Shown here: positions 30,333 through 44,380 of the stretch, one piece after another | How positions within the stretch are numbered: position 1 is the stretch's first letter | Layout: the number at the start of each line of letters is the position of its first letter | Program-made: the position numbers and the translations under genes | Assembly (NCBI RefSeq): GCF_009914755.1 | Contig: NC_060929.1 | DNA length: 64,000 nucleotides | Source: the human T2T-CHM13v2.0 reference genome, Homo sapiens | Direction: 5' to 3' (one strand) | The notes under the pieces: generated by a model | Databases searched by the model: none | Seen by the model: only the letters and a program-made list of their open reading frames with translations | Told to the model about the DNA's origin: nothing

Positions 30333-31456
30333 AGTTTTGAAAAAAAAATTCTTTACCATAATACTGTAAAAAAGCTTGTGGCCCTAAGGCATAAATCCAG
30401 CATGTTCACCTTTCAATTACACAGTTGAAAATATAGTTGTCTCAACACAAAAAGGTGCTCTATCAAACCAATCTTTCTCCCTAATTTGTGCAGCTCATTT
30501 ATTCAAATTATTGTGAATTCAGAATTCTACATTCTGTACAAAAAAAAGTATGAAGATAGGCCAGATCATGAGAAAACACCTTCTCAAAAGTCATAAATAC
30601 GTTCATAACAATGTGGAAATAGCCCTGTTGACAAGTGCAGTACATCTCTTTTTTCATGCTTTTTAATTTGCAAGGACATTTTTATATAAGAAGCAGGTTT
30701 CTAAAGCCAATGTCATTCATGGTTTCCTTTTTAGTGTAGTGGGCTTGGGATCCTCGGGATTAGACTACTGCCTGAGGATGGTCCACTCCCCTTTACTCAA
30801 GCCTCCCCTTAAGATTTAGGATAGACCTTTCCCCTGGATAACTGAGTAGGTTATCATCAATTTCCTTAGTTGCAAGAACACCAGCCTCAATTATTTATTA
30901 AAGAAAAATAAAGAAAAAGGTAAACAGACATGATTCTGCAAAAAACAAATCTCAGAATTATAACATCACATGAAAACCCAGTCCCTGATTATCATGGAAT
31001 AATTATTCCCGAGTGTCCATTACAGGTTGTAGATGCTGGATATTTTTATCCTGAGACCTTGTTTGGCCTGAACCAGCCCTTGAACTCTATTTGTCTCATC
31101 TCTACATTGGACAATATACCTAGCTGTACCTGCATATACACATGTGAGATATATCGTATCTCTATATAAAGTAACACACACTCCACCTGAGTTTGGAGCT
31201 CAGTATTTGCTCTGTTACAAAAGCAGCTGAAATCACTCATTCTACTTGTAGTCAGGGCAATTAAAATTTACTCTAAGTCCTGCTGTATTTTCCTTCCATT
31301 TACAAGAGGGTTAGGTGCCCCTTCCCTAACAGAGTATGCTCTACTTGTTCAAAGATTGTCAACAATAACCTACAGTTTCCCCGTTTCCTCTTATTTAAGC
31401 TTTGGGTGATAATAGATTAACAAACTCAATTACAAATGGAAACATCTGAACTCCAC

Positions 31457-31909
31457 TGTCTTAATTTATTTAGTGTTGCTGTAACAGAATATCCAAGACT
31501 GGGTAGTTTATTTTAAAAGAAAGAGAGAGAGGTCTATTTGGCTTATGATTGTGGTGGCTGAAAAGTTCAAGTTTGGGCATCCACACACATGTGGTGATGG
31601 CCTGAAGCTGCTTCAACTCTTGGTGGAAAGCAAAAGGGGAGCTGGTGTGTGCAAAGAGATCACATGGTGGGAGGGGAAGCAAGAGAGAAACCAAGGAGCC
31701 AGGCTCTTTCTCACAACCCATCCCATTCTAATCCATCCCACGAGAGTAAGAACTCGCTCACCTTTGTGGAAGGGCATTAATCTATTCCTGAGGAATCCAT
31801 CCCCAGGATTCACACACCTCTCACTAGGGCCCACCTCCCCACACCACCGCAAAGGGGATCAAATTTCAACATGAGTTTGGGTGGGACAAACCATCTCCAA
31901 ACCATAGCA
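31457..31909 (-). mobile_element. MST-type MaLR LTR
   Basis: 'tgttgctgtaacagaatatccaagactgggtagttta...caaatttcaacatgagttt...caaaccatagca'. Confidence 0.82.
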
Positions 31910-32299
31910 CCCACAAAAATAAAGATAATAATAAGGAAACCACCATGTGCCAGGCACTGGGTTAAGTGTTTATATTCATCCTCCAACTAAGAACAGTACT
32001 ATTGGCTTTTCCACTCACCTGAAAACAGGTCCCATTAGCATCTTCATCTTATGAATGACCACTCTAAGGAACAGAACCATTAAATGGCTTCCCAAGGTCA
32101 TATAGTCATGGAGCCAGTATTAAAGGCTGTTGCACTCCTAACCAGGACACTACCCCTTCTTGTTTTTACCGGCCACTCTCAGAAATGTTTCAAGATCATG
32201 CATCCTGGGAATCAGTTTCAGGTCCCTGAAGTCAGAAGCCCAATGCTGTTCATTGAGAGCCATGATATGTTACGCACCACCCTAGAGCTGGTTCTTAAC

Positions 32300-32980
32300 C
32301 CATAAGGTAGCTATCGTTCCCATTTCCCAGTGAGGAAAGTAAGACACCACTCCTTTATTCATCCAAGAGCGTAAAGGACTTCCCCAAGGCCACACAGCTA
32401 GTAAGTGGCTGGGCCAGGTTTCAAACCCAGGTGTGGCTCCACCGTGCTGCCTCTCCAGATCATACATAGCATTATGATTCCTTCACGGGACAGAGCTATA
32501 TCATGATGTAGCATGCTGGTGACCACAACCATTTTGGCAATGGCTTTCTAAAAATACAGAGAAAAAAAGCAAATACTAAAAAACTGAGTTTTTGGCTTCA
32601 CATAATATGTGAAGAAGGAAGTACGTTAAATTAATTACAAGAAATGCATTCTCATGGCCTCAATTCACGTAGTGTGCCCCAGAAGCAAAGTTTTATGCAT
32701 TGATTAGACATTCACTCTCCCTAAGGCAGTGCAGGCAAGTAGAAGGACACTGTGTCTAGGGTCAGAAGACCTCAGTTCGAGTCCACTTTCTGGCATTTCC
32801 TTGGGAAGGTTGTTCAATCTCCCTGACCTTCAGTTTTCTAATCTGTGCAGTGGAAATTATAACTATAGTACCTGCTGAAAAAATTGGTGCGTTATAATTA
32901 TAACTATGGCACTCATCTGTCCCACCTCATTGTTGTAAAGATTAGATGAGATCAAATATAAGACAAAGCTCCCTATCTGA
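32300..32980. mobile_element. Two MIR relics in opposite orientation (about 32300-32460 and 32740-32980)
   Basis: 'cccaaggccacacagctagtaagtgg' and 'gggtcagaagacctcagttcgagtcc...ttgtaaagattagatgagat'. Confidence 0.65.
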
Positions 32981-34327
32981 ATGAGATATTTAAAGTTGGT
33001 TATTATTATGATGTGGGTTTCTAGGCAGTAAAAACTTACCATACTCTTCCACAGAAAAAGAAAAAGATGACGTGTGGATATATGTTTACTTATAATAAAC
33101 ATGCATATATATGCATGCATGAATATGAGTACAAGGACATATGTATTAGAACATTGTGGTGTGCAAAAGAAGATGAGAAAAACTAGTCATAATCTCGCAG
33201 AAGAAGCCCTGATAAAGTATGCTAGGGCAAGTCTGCAGGCCTCTGATTTTAGCTGCTTAACTATTGGATACACAGACAGTGTTGAAAGATTGTGTTCAAG
33301 GCACTGCAGCCCTCAGAGAACTAGCCCCAAAGCCCATGACCCCACAAGCAACTTTAGGGAGCTGCTGTGGATGAAGTACCTGGCCCCACTGGAAAGGCAC
33401 TAGAAAATGAGCTCTTACTTTGCAGGGAGTGGTCAGGGGAACATCAAGGAAAGAAGAAGGAATCATCAATGGGGCTTGGGGCTCACTCAGGAGGAGCTCT
33501 TCCTGATAGGTGCTTTAAAGGAATCAGTGCTCAAAACCCCTGGATGTGATGAGCTCATTCATCCTTGAGGGACCCTTTGTCGCCTCTCACCTGTCCTTCT
33601 GAGGTCCTCCACGCGTTCCCCTTCTCTGTTCTTATTCCAAATTCCTCTACTACATTTACTCACCCTGGATTTCTGGGTAAACTTTATTAGATTTGTTACA
33701 TCTATTTTCCTTTCCCATTAGTCAATTTTTAAATGTGGTAGCCAAAATAATCAACATCACTAGTAATTATACCCATACTCAAAAACTCTTCTGGTGAAGA
33801 GGCATGGCAGAACTCCACAGGGAAATCCTATTGTGAGGATTATATAGGTCGGAAAGTCATTTTTAACTGACATGCATGATAAAGCACATGCTACATACCA
33901 ATGGAATTTAACGTTCAAATGGAATAATAAACTATGTTTGCAGTATACATTTCTAGATCCATACATGAAATCACATTTCCATTAAACAGTTTTCAAGTCA
34001 GTGACCAATTCCCTCCTACTTCTCCTGAAATTTATATGAACCTGGATCATTTTAATACCACTGGAAAGAAACACTATACTTAGAAGGAGATGAACAACAG
34101 ATTTAATATTTTTTCGTTTGCGGTACTAGGAGGCAAGCTGGTAACTCTAATGCCCTGTGTGCCTCGACTCCTAGATCTGAGTAGTCAATAAGAAAGTAGG
34201 GAAGGGACTACCAGCAAGAAAAGAAGCCCACTAATATTTCCTTCTCCTTCCTTCTGTGTTTTCTTCTGCTTAATAATTGAGTCTAATATTAATGGACAAG
34301 GATTGCCAGAAAAGGCATGATCTAGAA

Positions 34328-34628
34328 CAGGGGTCAGTAACCTTTTCTGTAAAGGACCAGAGAGTAAATATCTGAGCCCTTCGCAGGCCACATGGGCTCT
34401 GTTACAACTACTCAACTGTGCCATTGTGCCACAAAAATGGACACAGCATTGCTGTATTCCAATAAAACTTTAATTATGAGCCTTGAAATTTGAATTTCAC
34501 ATGATTTTCACATCACAAATATTAAATTCCAATCATTTAAAACTATAAAAATTATTCTTAGCTCACTGATCCTATAAAAACAAGCAGTGGGCCAGATTCA
34601 GCCTATAGGCTATAGTTGCCAGTCCCTG
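34328..34628. mobile_element. MER58-type hAT-Charlie element
   Basis: Termini 'caggggtcagtaac' and 'gttgccagtccctg'; flanks ATCTAGAA / GTCTAAAA resemble the 8-bp hAT target. Confidence 0.85.
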
Positions 34629-35462
34629 GTCTAAAACTTTTAATACATTAAGAGTATTCTTCTCATTAAAACCACTGAAATTGAAGTCATTTTCTCTCTT
34701 TCTGCCCATTTACTTTTCCCTAAGACTTTAATTTTTTTCCCCACACTCTCATTCCCATTCTGATTTACCAGGACATTACTTCTCCTCTCTACCTCACATA
34801 TTTGTTTTATTGCACTATAAACCTCACTGGAGAATAAAACTATTTGCCAAAGACCCACCTGTAAACACCCAGCACTGCAGCAGCCACTAACAAAGAGGAA
34901 GACACAGAACCTGTGGCCAATCATGTGGACATTGGCAATAATCCATTCCCTTCTCCTTCTTTCTTCCTGGTAGAGTCCACCTCTTATAATAGTCTGAAGA
35001 AAACAGATTGTTACTTTTCCACCTTCCTGGCAAACAAAGGGGTATGTCTGTGACCAACTCCTGGACAGTAAGACCTGAAGAGAAGTCTGTTGGGGTGCTT
35101 CTAGGAAAGGTTTTTCTCACTGGAAAAAAGAAAGCTACAAGAGCAGAATCCCCACCCTCTCCTTGTTTCCTACTTTTAGATGATATCATGTAAAGAGACA
35201 GTGTTTAGAGCTGCAGCAGCCATTTTGCAACCATGAGGGAAATCCAGGAATTGGTCCACAGGCATAACATCATTAATTCACCAAAGCACCTCCACAGCTC
35301 TCTCCCCCTGGACTTCCTGTTGTAGGCAATAATAAATCCCCAAGATGGGAATTTTGTTGCCATTTATTACACCGACAGACTTCATTCTTGCAAAGCTTAC
35401 ATTGCTAGAGGAGTGATGTGACACATAAAATGAAAAACCCGTTACAAAAAAACATAAAATAT

Positions 35463-35813
<351 letters not shown>

Positions 35814-36244
35814 CTATTCGACCTAAATCAAAATACGTTCATATCTCTCCCACAGAGTTACTGCTCTATATATACTTTCTGCTTTACAGACAAACTTCTT
35901 AAAAGTTAATCTGTCCTTAGCAGGGCACAGTAGTGCACACCTGCAATCCCAGCTACACAGGAGACTGAGGCAGGAGTATCTTTTGAACCCAGGAGTTTCA
36001 GACCAGCCTGGGCAACACAGCAAGACATCCCCACCCCACCCCACCTCCGCCACTGTCTCTAAAAACCCACCAACTTATCTACCCTTACCATCTCCACTTC
36101 CTATTCTGTCATCCTCACTCCTCAAATAGCAATACTCTGCCCTTCTTTCACCCACATTACTCCATCAAACTGCTTTCAACAGAGTCACCAGTGACTTCCC
36201 AGTTGATAAACCCAAGCACAGTTTTTAGCTCTTATCTGGCCTGA

Positions 36245-36646
<402 letters not shown>

Positions 36647-37528
36647 TAAGTATTTATTTCTGGCTTCTCCTTCTACTAGGCTCTTAATACTAGTGTTCCC
36701 CAGTGTTCCTGTACCCCCCTCCCTGTTTTTTCTTATTTTACCCACTCTTTTTATATAGTCTCATCTGTACCTACAGCTTTAGTGAACTAATTAGAAGTAA
36801 TTTGTAATTAGCAGCACTGATTTTCCTGTTGAAAGTTAACTACTAAAATCCCTCGATGTGACAGTTCTTTTAGTTAGGACAAACATGCCCCCAGGAAATG
36901 AAGTAATACTATTCATTTGCTTGCAAACCATTTTTTCCCCATAGATGAACTTCAGCCCAAATAAAATCAAACTATCCAAAATTCCCAGCTACTTGGGAGG
37001 CTGAGGCAGGATCCAAATTCATGTAATTTTCGTGTATTTTGCAAGTTTGTTTTATGCCATATTAATTCATTACACTCCACATCATATTTTCTTAGCAAAT
37101 ACATCTAGACACCTGGCACTCAGTAAGGGATATTCCTGGCACGATAATCATTGTTATCATTAGACATTGCAGGAACCACCATATGGATGGATAAATGTGT
37201 TGTTTAATGAAGGCAAGCAATTACTTTAAGAGATCCTAGTTGTTATAAACTCTCTCTGGACTTCAAGTTTGGTATATACATAATTATTAAATGTATACAT
37301 AATTATTAATTGTAACATGTCCTCACAATTGATTTCTGGCTATTTTTCTAAGGATTTTACACTTTATTTAGTAAAATATATTAAAGAGGTTAATGATAAT
37401 TTTTTTATAGAGACCCTTAGATTGAAAATGACTGATTTTTCACACCTCTTTTCTTGCTTTACTAATCGTCAGTGCCTAATTGCTAAAGCAAAATATCTTC
37501 TAAATTCTGGGGAGGAAATTCTACTTTG

Positions 37529-37830
<302 letters not shown>

Positions 37831-38039
37831 AGGAAATTCTACTTTGAATTGCACACTAATCAAAAGACTCCAGCTTCATTTACAGAGACCTTATCTGTGC
37901 TAAGTAGTTTTTGGAATAGCTTTTTTCCTGTCACTTAAGCACCTTCCTTTATTATTAATAGTAAACTAAATAGGAGTCCAAAGTCTGCCTTTCCCAGTGC
38001 TAGAGTATAAATGTCATCACACGGTAGAATGTAAACATC

Positions 38040-38655
<616 letters not shown>

Positions 38656-38850
38656 CCTTTATCCATCTTTTAATGTTAATAATTATATCCATTTCTGTTT
38701 CCTTCAAAAATTCAAGTGGAAAACCTGACATAAATAATGGTAACTTTTTTATTATACCTATATCAATTAACACATATGTATAAAACTTCTACTTAGTTGT
38801 GCCAAATATCAGTGCACAGTATGGGTGATTTCCCCCACTTGCGAAGAATG

Positions 38851-39268
38851 GTGCTATAGTCACCGCACAGGAGCAGGATAGATCCCCACTCTCAAAATTG
38901 GGTTTGGATATCAAAATCAATAATGCCATCACACATGCAGCAAAGGGGTTTGAAAGGTTTATTGCTCACATAATACGTTTTTTTGGGGGAGAGTAAGATG
39001 GGCTTCCAAGCTGGTCTGAAAACTAGAGAGAACAAGAAAGGAGAATGGCTTTGGGATTCTTATTGTGGTTAGGAGTGGGGCTGTGGTGAGGGTTCCTGTA
39101 CATGGGCTAGGGCTTACTGTTGGAACTTTGTGCTAGTGCCAAGGAAGGAGCACCTAGGCATTCTTATCAGTTTGCTCAGATGTGGGGCAGAGAGGAAGGG
39201 AAGTGGTGGGGCTTGAGAACTGTCTGCAGTCAAACATCAAAAATTAAGTCATACTCTGTATTACAACA
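38851..39268 (-). mobile_element. ERV LTR (LTR47-like)
   Basis: Ends in 'cagtcaaacatcaaaaattaagtcatactctgtattacaaca'; internal 'tttattgctcac' is a minus-strand poly(A) signal; family assigned by eye. Confidence 0.5.
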
Positions 39269-39287
39269 ATTAGAAAAGAAATAAAAT

Positions 39288-39720
39288 GTAGTATATCAGT
39301 TCTCTATTGCTACAATATTGTTACATAACAAACAACCCCCAAACCTCAATGGTATACAAAAATAAATGTGTCCTGCTCACACATCTGGAGTCAACTAAAC
39401 AGCTCTGCTGATCTTGCCTGAACTCATTCATCTGTCAGCTTGATCTTGGCTGGCTTTGCCAGGGGTGGGCTATACCCTGCTCTATGTCTCTCATCCTCCA
39501 GTAGGCCAGCACAGGCATGCTATCATGGCAAAGGCAAAGGTGCAGGAGTAAACCAGCCCAATAACACAAGCACTTTTTAAGCCTCTGCTTGTGGCACTTT
39601 TGCCAAAATCCTGTTGGCCAAGCATGTTACGTGGCCAAGCCATGAGATGTGTACACAGAAAAATAAAAGATGTGTACACAGAAGAGCAAAGAATTGGGGC
39701 CATTTTTGTAACCTACTGCA
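39288..39720 (-). mobile_element. MLT1 (MaLR) LTR
   Basis: 'taacaaacaacccccaaacctcaatgg...ggggccatttttgtaacctac'. Confidence 0.65.
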
Positions 39721-40242
39721 CCTATTAATGGATTACTAATATGTCACAACTCTTATCCTAGATTACAGTATTAAGAGAAGGAAAGTCAATTCAATGATAT
39801 ATTTACTACTAAATGTTAGGTACTGTACTTGGAATTAGAGTTACAAAACTAAATGAGATAATCCTAAGGAGCTCACAGTTGGATACTGGAAAAAAAATCA
39901 AACAAATTAATACATTATTAAAATAAATGAAATAAAATCCAATGTAAGTACATGAATAGATATTTTAATAAGAAGTGGCATGGAAATGAAAATAAACTCT
40001 TTTGTCTCCTTTATCATATATTTCATAGCTAATTAAATTAATTTTATTATAATCAAATTTACTGTAGACCTGAGGACATAAAGTTTACTGAGACTCCCTA
40101 GCGAATGGCTGCATAAAAATGCAAGCCCTCTAAAAGCAAAACCAGATTGTAAATTCTGTTAGGCTAACAGAAAGTCATTTGATTCTTTTGTTTTTCCGTT
40201 ACACTTAGTAGTCAACCAAAATTTATTGTGTGCCTATATGTG

Positions 40243-40779
40243 TGTATTAGTCAGAGTTCTCTAGAGGGACAGAACTAACAGGATAGATAGGAAGGGGAGT
40301 TTATTAAGGAGTATTGACGCACGATCACAAGATGAAGTCCCACAATAGGCCGTCTGCAAGCTGAGGAGCAAGGAAGCCAGACTGAGTCCCAACACCTCAA
40401 GTAGGGAAGCTGACAGTGCAACCTTTAGTCTGTGGCTGAAGGCCCAACAGCCCCTGGCAAATCACTAATGTAGGTCCAAGAGTCCAAAAGCTGAAGAACT
40501 TGGAGTCTAATGTTTGCGGGCAGGAAGCATCCAGCACAGAAAAAGATCAAGGCCAGAAGACGCAGCAAGTCTGCTCTTCCGTCTTCTCCTGCCTGCTTTA
40601 TTCTAGCCATGCTGGCAGCTGATTAGATGGTGCCTACCCAGATTGAGGGTGGGTCCGCCTTTCCCAGTCCACTGACTCAGGTGTTAATCTCCTTTGGCAG
40701 CACCCTCACAGACACACACAGGAGCCATACTTTACATCCTTCAATCCAGTCAAGTTGACACTCAACATTAACCATCATG
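40243..40779 (-). mobile_element. MLT2A-type (HERV-L) solo LTR
   Basis: 'tgtattagtcagagttctctagagggacagaac...caatccagtcaagttgacactcaacattaaccatca'; 5-bp TSD ATGTG (40238-40242, 40780-40784). Confidence 0.88.
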
Positions 40780-40827
40780 ATGTGCAAGCTATTTTGCTGG
40801 GAATTTGCTAGGATCGAAAATTCCTAG

Positions 40828-41151
40828 TTTTTTTGTTGTTTGTTTGTTTTGGTTTTGAATCTTTAATGAGAAAAAATACTATTGTGCTCAAGAACACCGT
40901 GCGTCTGGTGTGTCATTGGGTCAAGGGTTGGGGACACACATGGCAGAATTCAGAAACAGGGTAACATCAACAAAAATACACACGGTCATAAAAAGAAAAA
41001 CTGGCACCTGGCATGATCAACTCTGTTTCCTCATCATTCAGCAGCATGTTGGGGATCCTGCGGCTGATGGGGAACACACGTCCAGACTCTGGGCACTGCA
41101 GGGTGCCCTCCAACACATCTACCTCCAGCAGCACGTGGTGCATTGTCCTCA
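40828..41151 (-). pseudogene. TRMT112P2: 5'-truncated processed pseudogene of TRMT112 (CDS homology about 41017-41151, 3' UTR, poly(A) remnant)
   Basis: Minus strand reads [43 protein letters not shown], matching the TRMT112 C-terminus. ATTAAA signal (tttaat 40862-40867), then a decayed poly(A) at 40828-40857. No N-terminal two-thirds. The paralog number is from memory. Confidence 0.9.
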
Positions 41152-41169
41152 CCATGGAGATTCCTAGCA

Positions 41170-41540
41170 AATACTCTAGGTATTTTAAATAGAAGAAATT
41201 TAATACAGGGAAATGATTACATATATAGTAGAAGAACTGAGATGTCAAACAGAAGAGTGAGGCAATCCACATTTTAGCAACTGCAGTAAGTGACCTCCAA
41301 TGTCATGGCTGGAGGGTGCAAATGGTGAGAAGGCAGAAGCTAGAATCATGGTGGACCCCACCTGCAAGAGTCACAAAGAAGATGCATCCATTCAGGTCAC
41401 AGAGAAGTAAATACTCTAGTGTCTACCTTCTACCTTCTTATTGCTCTCTAGTCTCCCATTTTATCTAGACTGCTGACAAGCATGCAGTGGAAGGTGAGCA
41501 CCAGATCTGAGAGGAAACAGGCAGTGTCTGGTGGCACACT
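41170..41540. mobile_element. Old ERVL-class LTR relic
   Basis: 'actctaggtattttaaatagaagaaatttaatacagggaaatgattaca' resembles LTR33/MLT-type ends. Confidence 0.45.
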
Positions 41541-43126
41541 ACACAAGAACTCTCACAGGCATCCACTAGGCTTGCTTGGTGACTCATTTAAGGAGTAACC
41601 CTATTTTATGTATCAGAGTAGTCTATGGTGTGATATAGCATATTGCTGCTTTTGATGTTTGGTTTCATTTGTTCCCTGTAGGCACCTAATCACTGTTTTT
41701 TAAATTCCCCAGGAGATTCTGGTATACCCAATCAGCTGAGAACCACTGAATAGTGGCTTTCAAAATTTTGAGCATCCAAATATTGTCTTCACAGAAAATC
41801 TTAATCTCTGAAGTCTACTGTAAAAACATAGAAAGGCAAGGCTGTTCTGCTTGAAGCGTAGCTTGGGAGCCTAGATTCCTCTCAAACCCAGGCCACTCCT
41901 GGGAACATGGTCTGGAGATTTGAATGTTCCCAAATCTAGTTTATCTCATTAGTCGATATTTATGCACATCCTCTGTGTCTCTCAGTGTTCTCTCATGTGT
42001 AGACATATGCCCCATTCCAAAGAGTGACTGTAGTGTAATGTGGCATTAAAGGAACCCTGGATAGACCTGTATTGGACCTTACATATTAGAGAGCTCTGCA
42101 GATAGCTCACAAATCTCCAAGTCGCTAGCTGTAAATTGAGTGATAATTGGTGTCAGGTTATTTTAGCACAGTTTGGGGATAAAATGGTGCATTAATCTCC
42201 CAGTTTGTGGCTTATTAAACTTTGAAATGGAATTATTTGAGACATAAAAGAGATAGCAATACTTTGCTGGATGTTCTCCATTAGTCGAGATTGTTACAGA
42301 GGAGAAATTTTTGCCACTGTTTATCAAATATTTTTTCCTCTAGTTAATCCATATCATTCCGGGAGCTTTGCCCAGGAAAAGGACGAATTACTTGCGTTCC
42401 TCCGATCTCTTTCAAGTTCTACTCCCGTACCTTTAAACTGTCACACGGAATCTTTGGTGACAGAGGAATAGAGGTGGGCAAGCAGGGCGTTTGGAAACCA
42501 TACTGAAAACGAATTATCCATAAAGCACAGATTCACCAGCCTAGAAATGGCTCTGTCTGGATGGATTCCTTGAGATGTGTTTTATCTCCATTAAAAACAC
42601 AACAACTTTCAAACTTTCACTGTGTCTCAAAATGATAGAGAAAAAAATTCAGCCTTTCAAGTATTCAAGAAAAGCTTGAAGAAATAAAAGAAACTCGCTG
42701 CTCTCTGGGCCACTTTAGGAGGCAGAGCGTTCCTGGAGAACTTCAGGATTCATTCGCAAGGGAACCCAAGGTGGGCATTCAAAGCCGATCCAAAGGATAT
42801 TCTTCTTTTTAGAAAACAAAAGGAGCGCAAGGAGTAGGGGACTGAAGGTGCCCAAAGCTAGTGGGTCAGTGTCACTTTCTTCCTCCCTTTCGCCCCTTTC
42901 CTCCCGCTCCTTTCTCCCCTGTGGTCTCTGCTCAGCACCCCTTTCTCTCCAGCCCCGACTGCCCATCTTCGCCCCTACCCTCGCGCGTCGGGGCCGTGTC
43001 TACACCCACCCCAGGACCTGGTCCGTCCAGGCTCCTTCCCATCCTCACACCCGCGCCTTTCTCCCTGCGGCCCCGGCTCGCTGCTCCAGCTGCCCAGCTC
43101 TTCCCAGGACAGGGGATCCCGCCAAG

Positions 43127-43173
43127 GGGGCCGCCCCCGCCCCGGCCCTCCCCCGCCCGGCCGCACCATAAAG
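43127..43173 (+). promoter_or_regulatory. Core promoter: Sp/KLF GC boxes and a TATA-like CATAAAG (43167-43173)
   Basis: Repeated CCGCCC/CCCCGCCC at 43131-43158; the only AT-rich hexamer in this part of the island lies 221 bp upstream of the ATG, implying a TSS near 43195-43200. Confidence 0.65.
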
Positions 43174-43387
43174 CGCCCGGCCGCTGCCGCGGAGCCCAGC
43201 AGCCAGCTCCCCAGCACCGCGCGGCGGGGACGCGAGCGCGCCCCCGACGGCAGCCCGGACGCCGAGCACGGGTCACCTGCGGCGCCGGCCCGGGCGCCGA
43301 CCGAGGTTCAACGCACGGCCCGGGGACCCCCAGGCGGGGCCAACGCCGCCGTCGCCCCCGGCCTCGCGGGGAGCAGGAAGAGCCAAC

Positions 43388-43475
43388 ATGCTGGCCCCGC
43401 GCGGAGCCGCCGTCCTCCTGCTGCACCTGGTCCTGCAGCGGTGGCTAGCGGCAGGCGCCCAGGCCACCCCCCAGG
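43388..43475 (+). CDS. THBS4: Thrombospondin-4 coding exon 1 (signal peptide)
   Basis: gccaacATG; [29 protein letters not shown]; donor G|gtaagt at 43476; 88 nt, phase 1. Confidence 0.97.
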
Positions 43476-44061
43476 GTAAGTGGGTTCGGGTCGGGCCTGG
43501 GAGCGCCGGGCACCGGGTGCCCCATCTGCTGAGTGAGTGGAGGGACTTGCTCGGCCCTGTGCTCCTGTGGCCTTGCTCAGCCCCTCTCTGTCCCTCCCGG
43601 GCCCAATCAAAGCATATTGTGATTGGAGGTAGTGATTAGTCTAGAATTTTCCGAAATTCGATTATCCAATGATGAGAACAATTGCCTAAATAGTTGGGGG
43701 ATGCAAAATTGTTTCAGACTATGCAAAGATGTGGGGTGGGGTTGCCTTCAAAACTTGCTACACGGTCCTAGACCTCTTAACATGTTAGGCTCTGGTGTAG
43801 GGTGAATTCCGGGTCCTGCACCCTGTGCCGGTTCCCTCCAGGCAGCCTTGCTCCCTAAATCCTTCCTCAGGCGGAGCGATGTATGCCCAGAGTCTGCTCT
43901 TGACATCCCTGAGAAAGACGCAGAATTACTCTACTTGCCCTGCCACCTGCATTTTCTGCTCTGACTTTGCTTGAACGACAAAAAGAAAGTTTATTTCAAG
44001 GATTGGCTTGATGTCTTAATTTCTGAGGTAAATAGGAAGGGCTGAGAAACTGGTCTTTTTC

Positions 44062-44380
44062 AATGAAATCAGTTCTTTGCAGCAAGATGGATGCAGCTGG
44101 AGGCCATTTTCCTAAGTGGATTAAGGCAGGAACAGAAAAGCAAATACCATGTTCTCACAAGCGGGAGCTAAGCAGTGGATAGATATGGACATAAAGATGG
44201 AAACAGTAGACACTGGGGACTCCAAAAGTAGGGGGGAAGGTTGGGAAAACTACCAATTGGGTACTACGTTCACTGGGTGATGTGTTCACTAGAAGCTCAA
44301 ATCCCACCTTATGCAATGCACCCATGTAACAAACTTGCACATGTACCCTCTGAATCTATAATTTAAAAAGAAAAAAGAAA
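44062..44380 (+). mobile_element. 5'-truncated L1 (L1PA/PB) 3' end in intron 1
   Basis: 'gcagcaagatggatgcagctggaggccatt...catgtaacaaacttgcacatgtaccctctgaatcta' and A-tail; imperfect TSD GAAA(C/T)TG(G/A)TCTTTTT. Confidence 0.88.

Larger units (their letters stand above)
42950..43560 (+). promoter_or_regulatory. THBS4: CpG-island promoter of THBS4
   Basis: Sharp rise in GC content and CpG density against a CpG-depleted background; spans exon 1. Confidence 0.92.

Noticed and set aside
33100-33117. Perfect 18-bp palindrome CATGCATATATATGCATG
   Set aside because: Low-complexity alternating purine-pyrimidine sequence, common by chance.
40967-41272. 101-aa ORF containing the TRMT112 C-terminus as a possible chimeric gene
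   Set aside because: The start lies in flanking LTR-like DNA with a non-ATG codon, the native stop is frameshifted, and the N-terminus is missing.
42715-43639. Overlapping long ORFs (up to 195 aa) on both strands
   Set aside because: A by-product of stop-codon scarcity in the CpG island; only 43388-43475 has splice and homology support.
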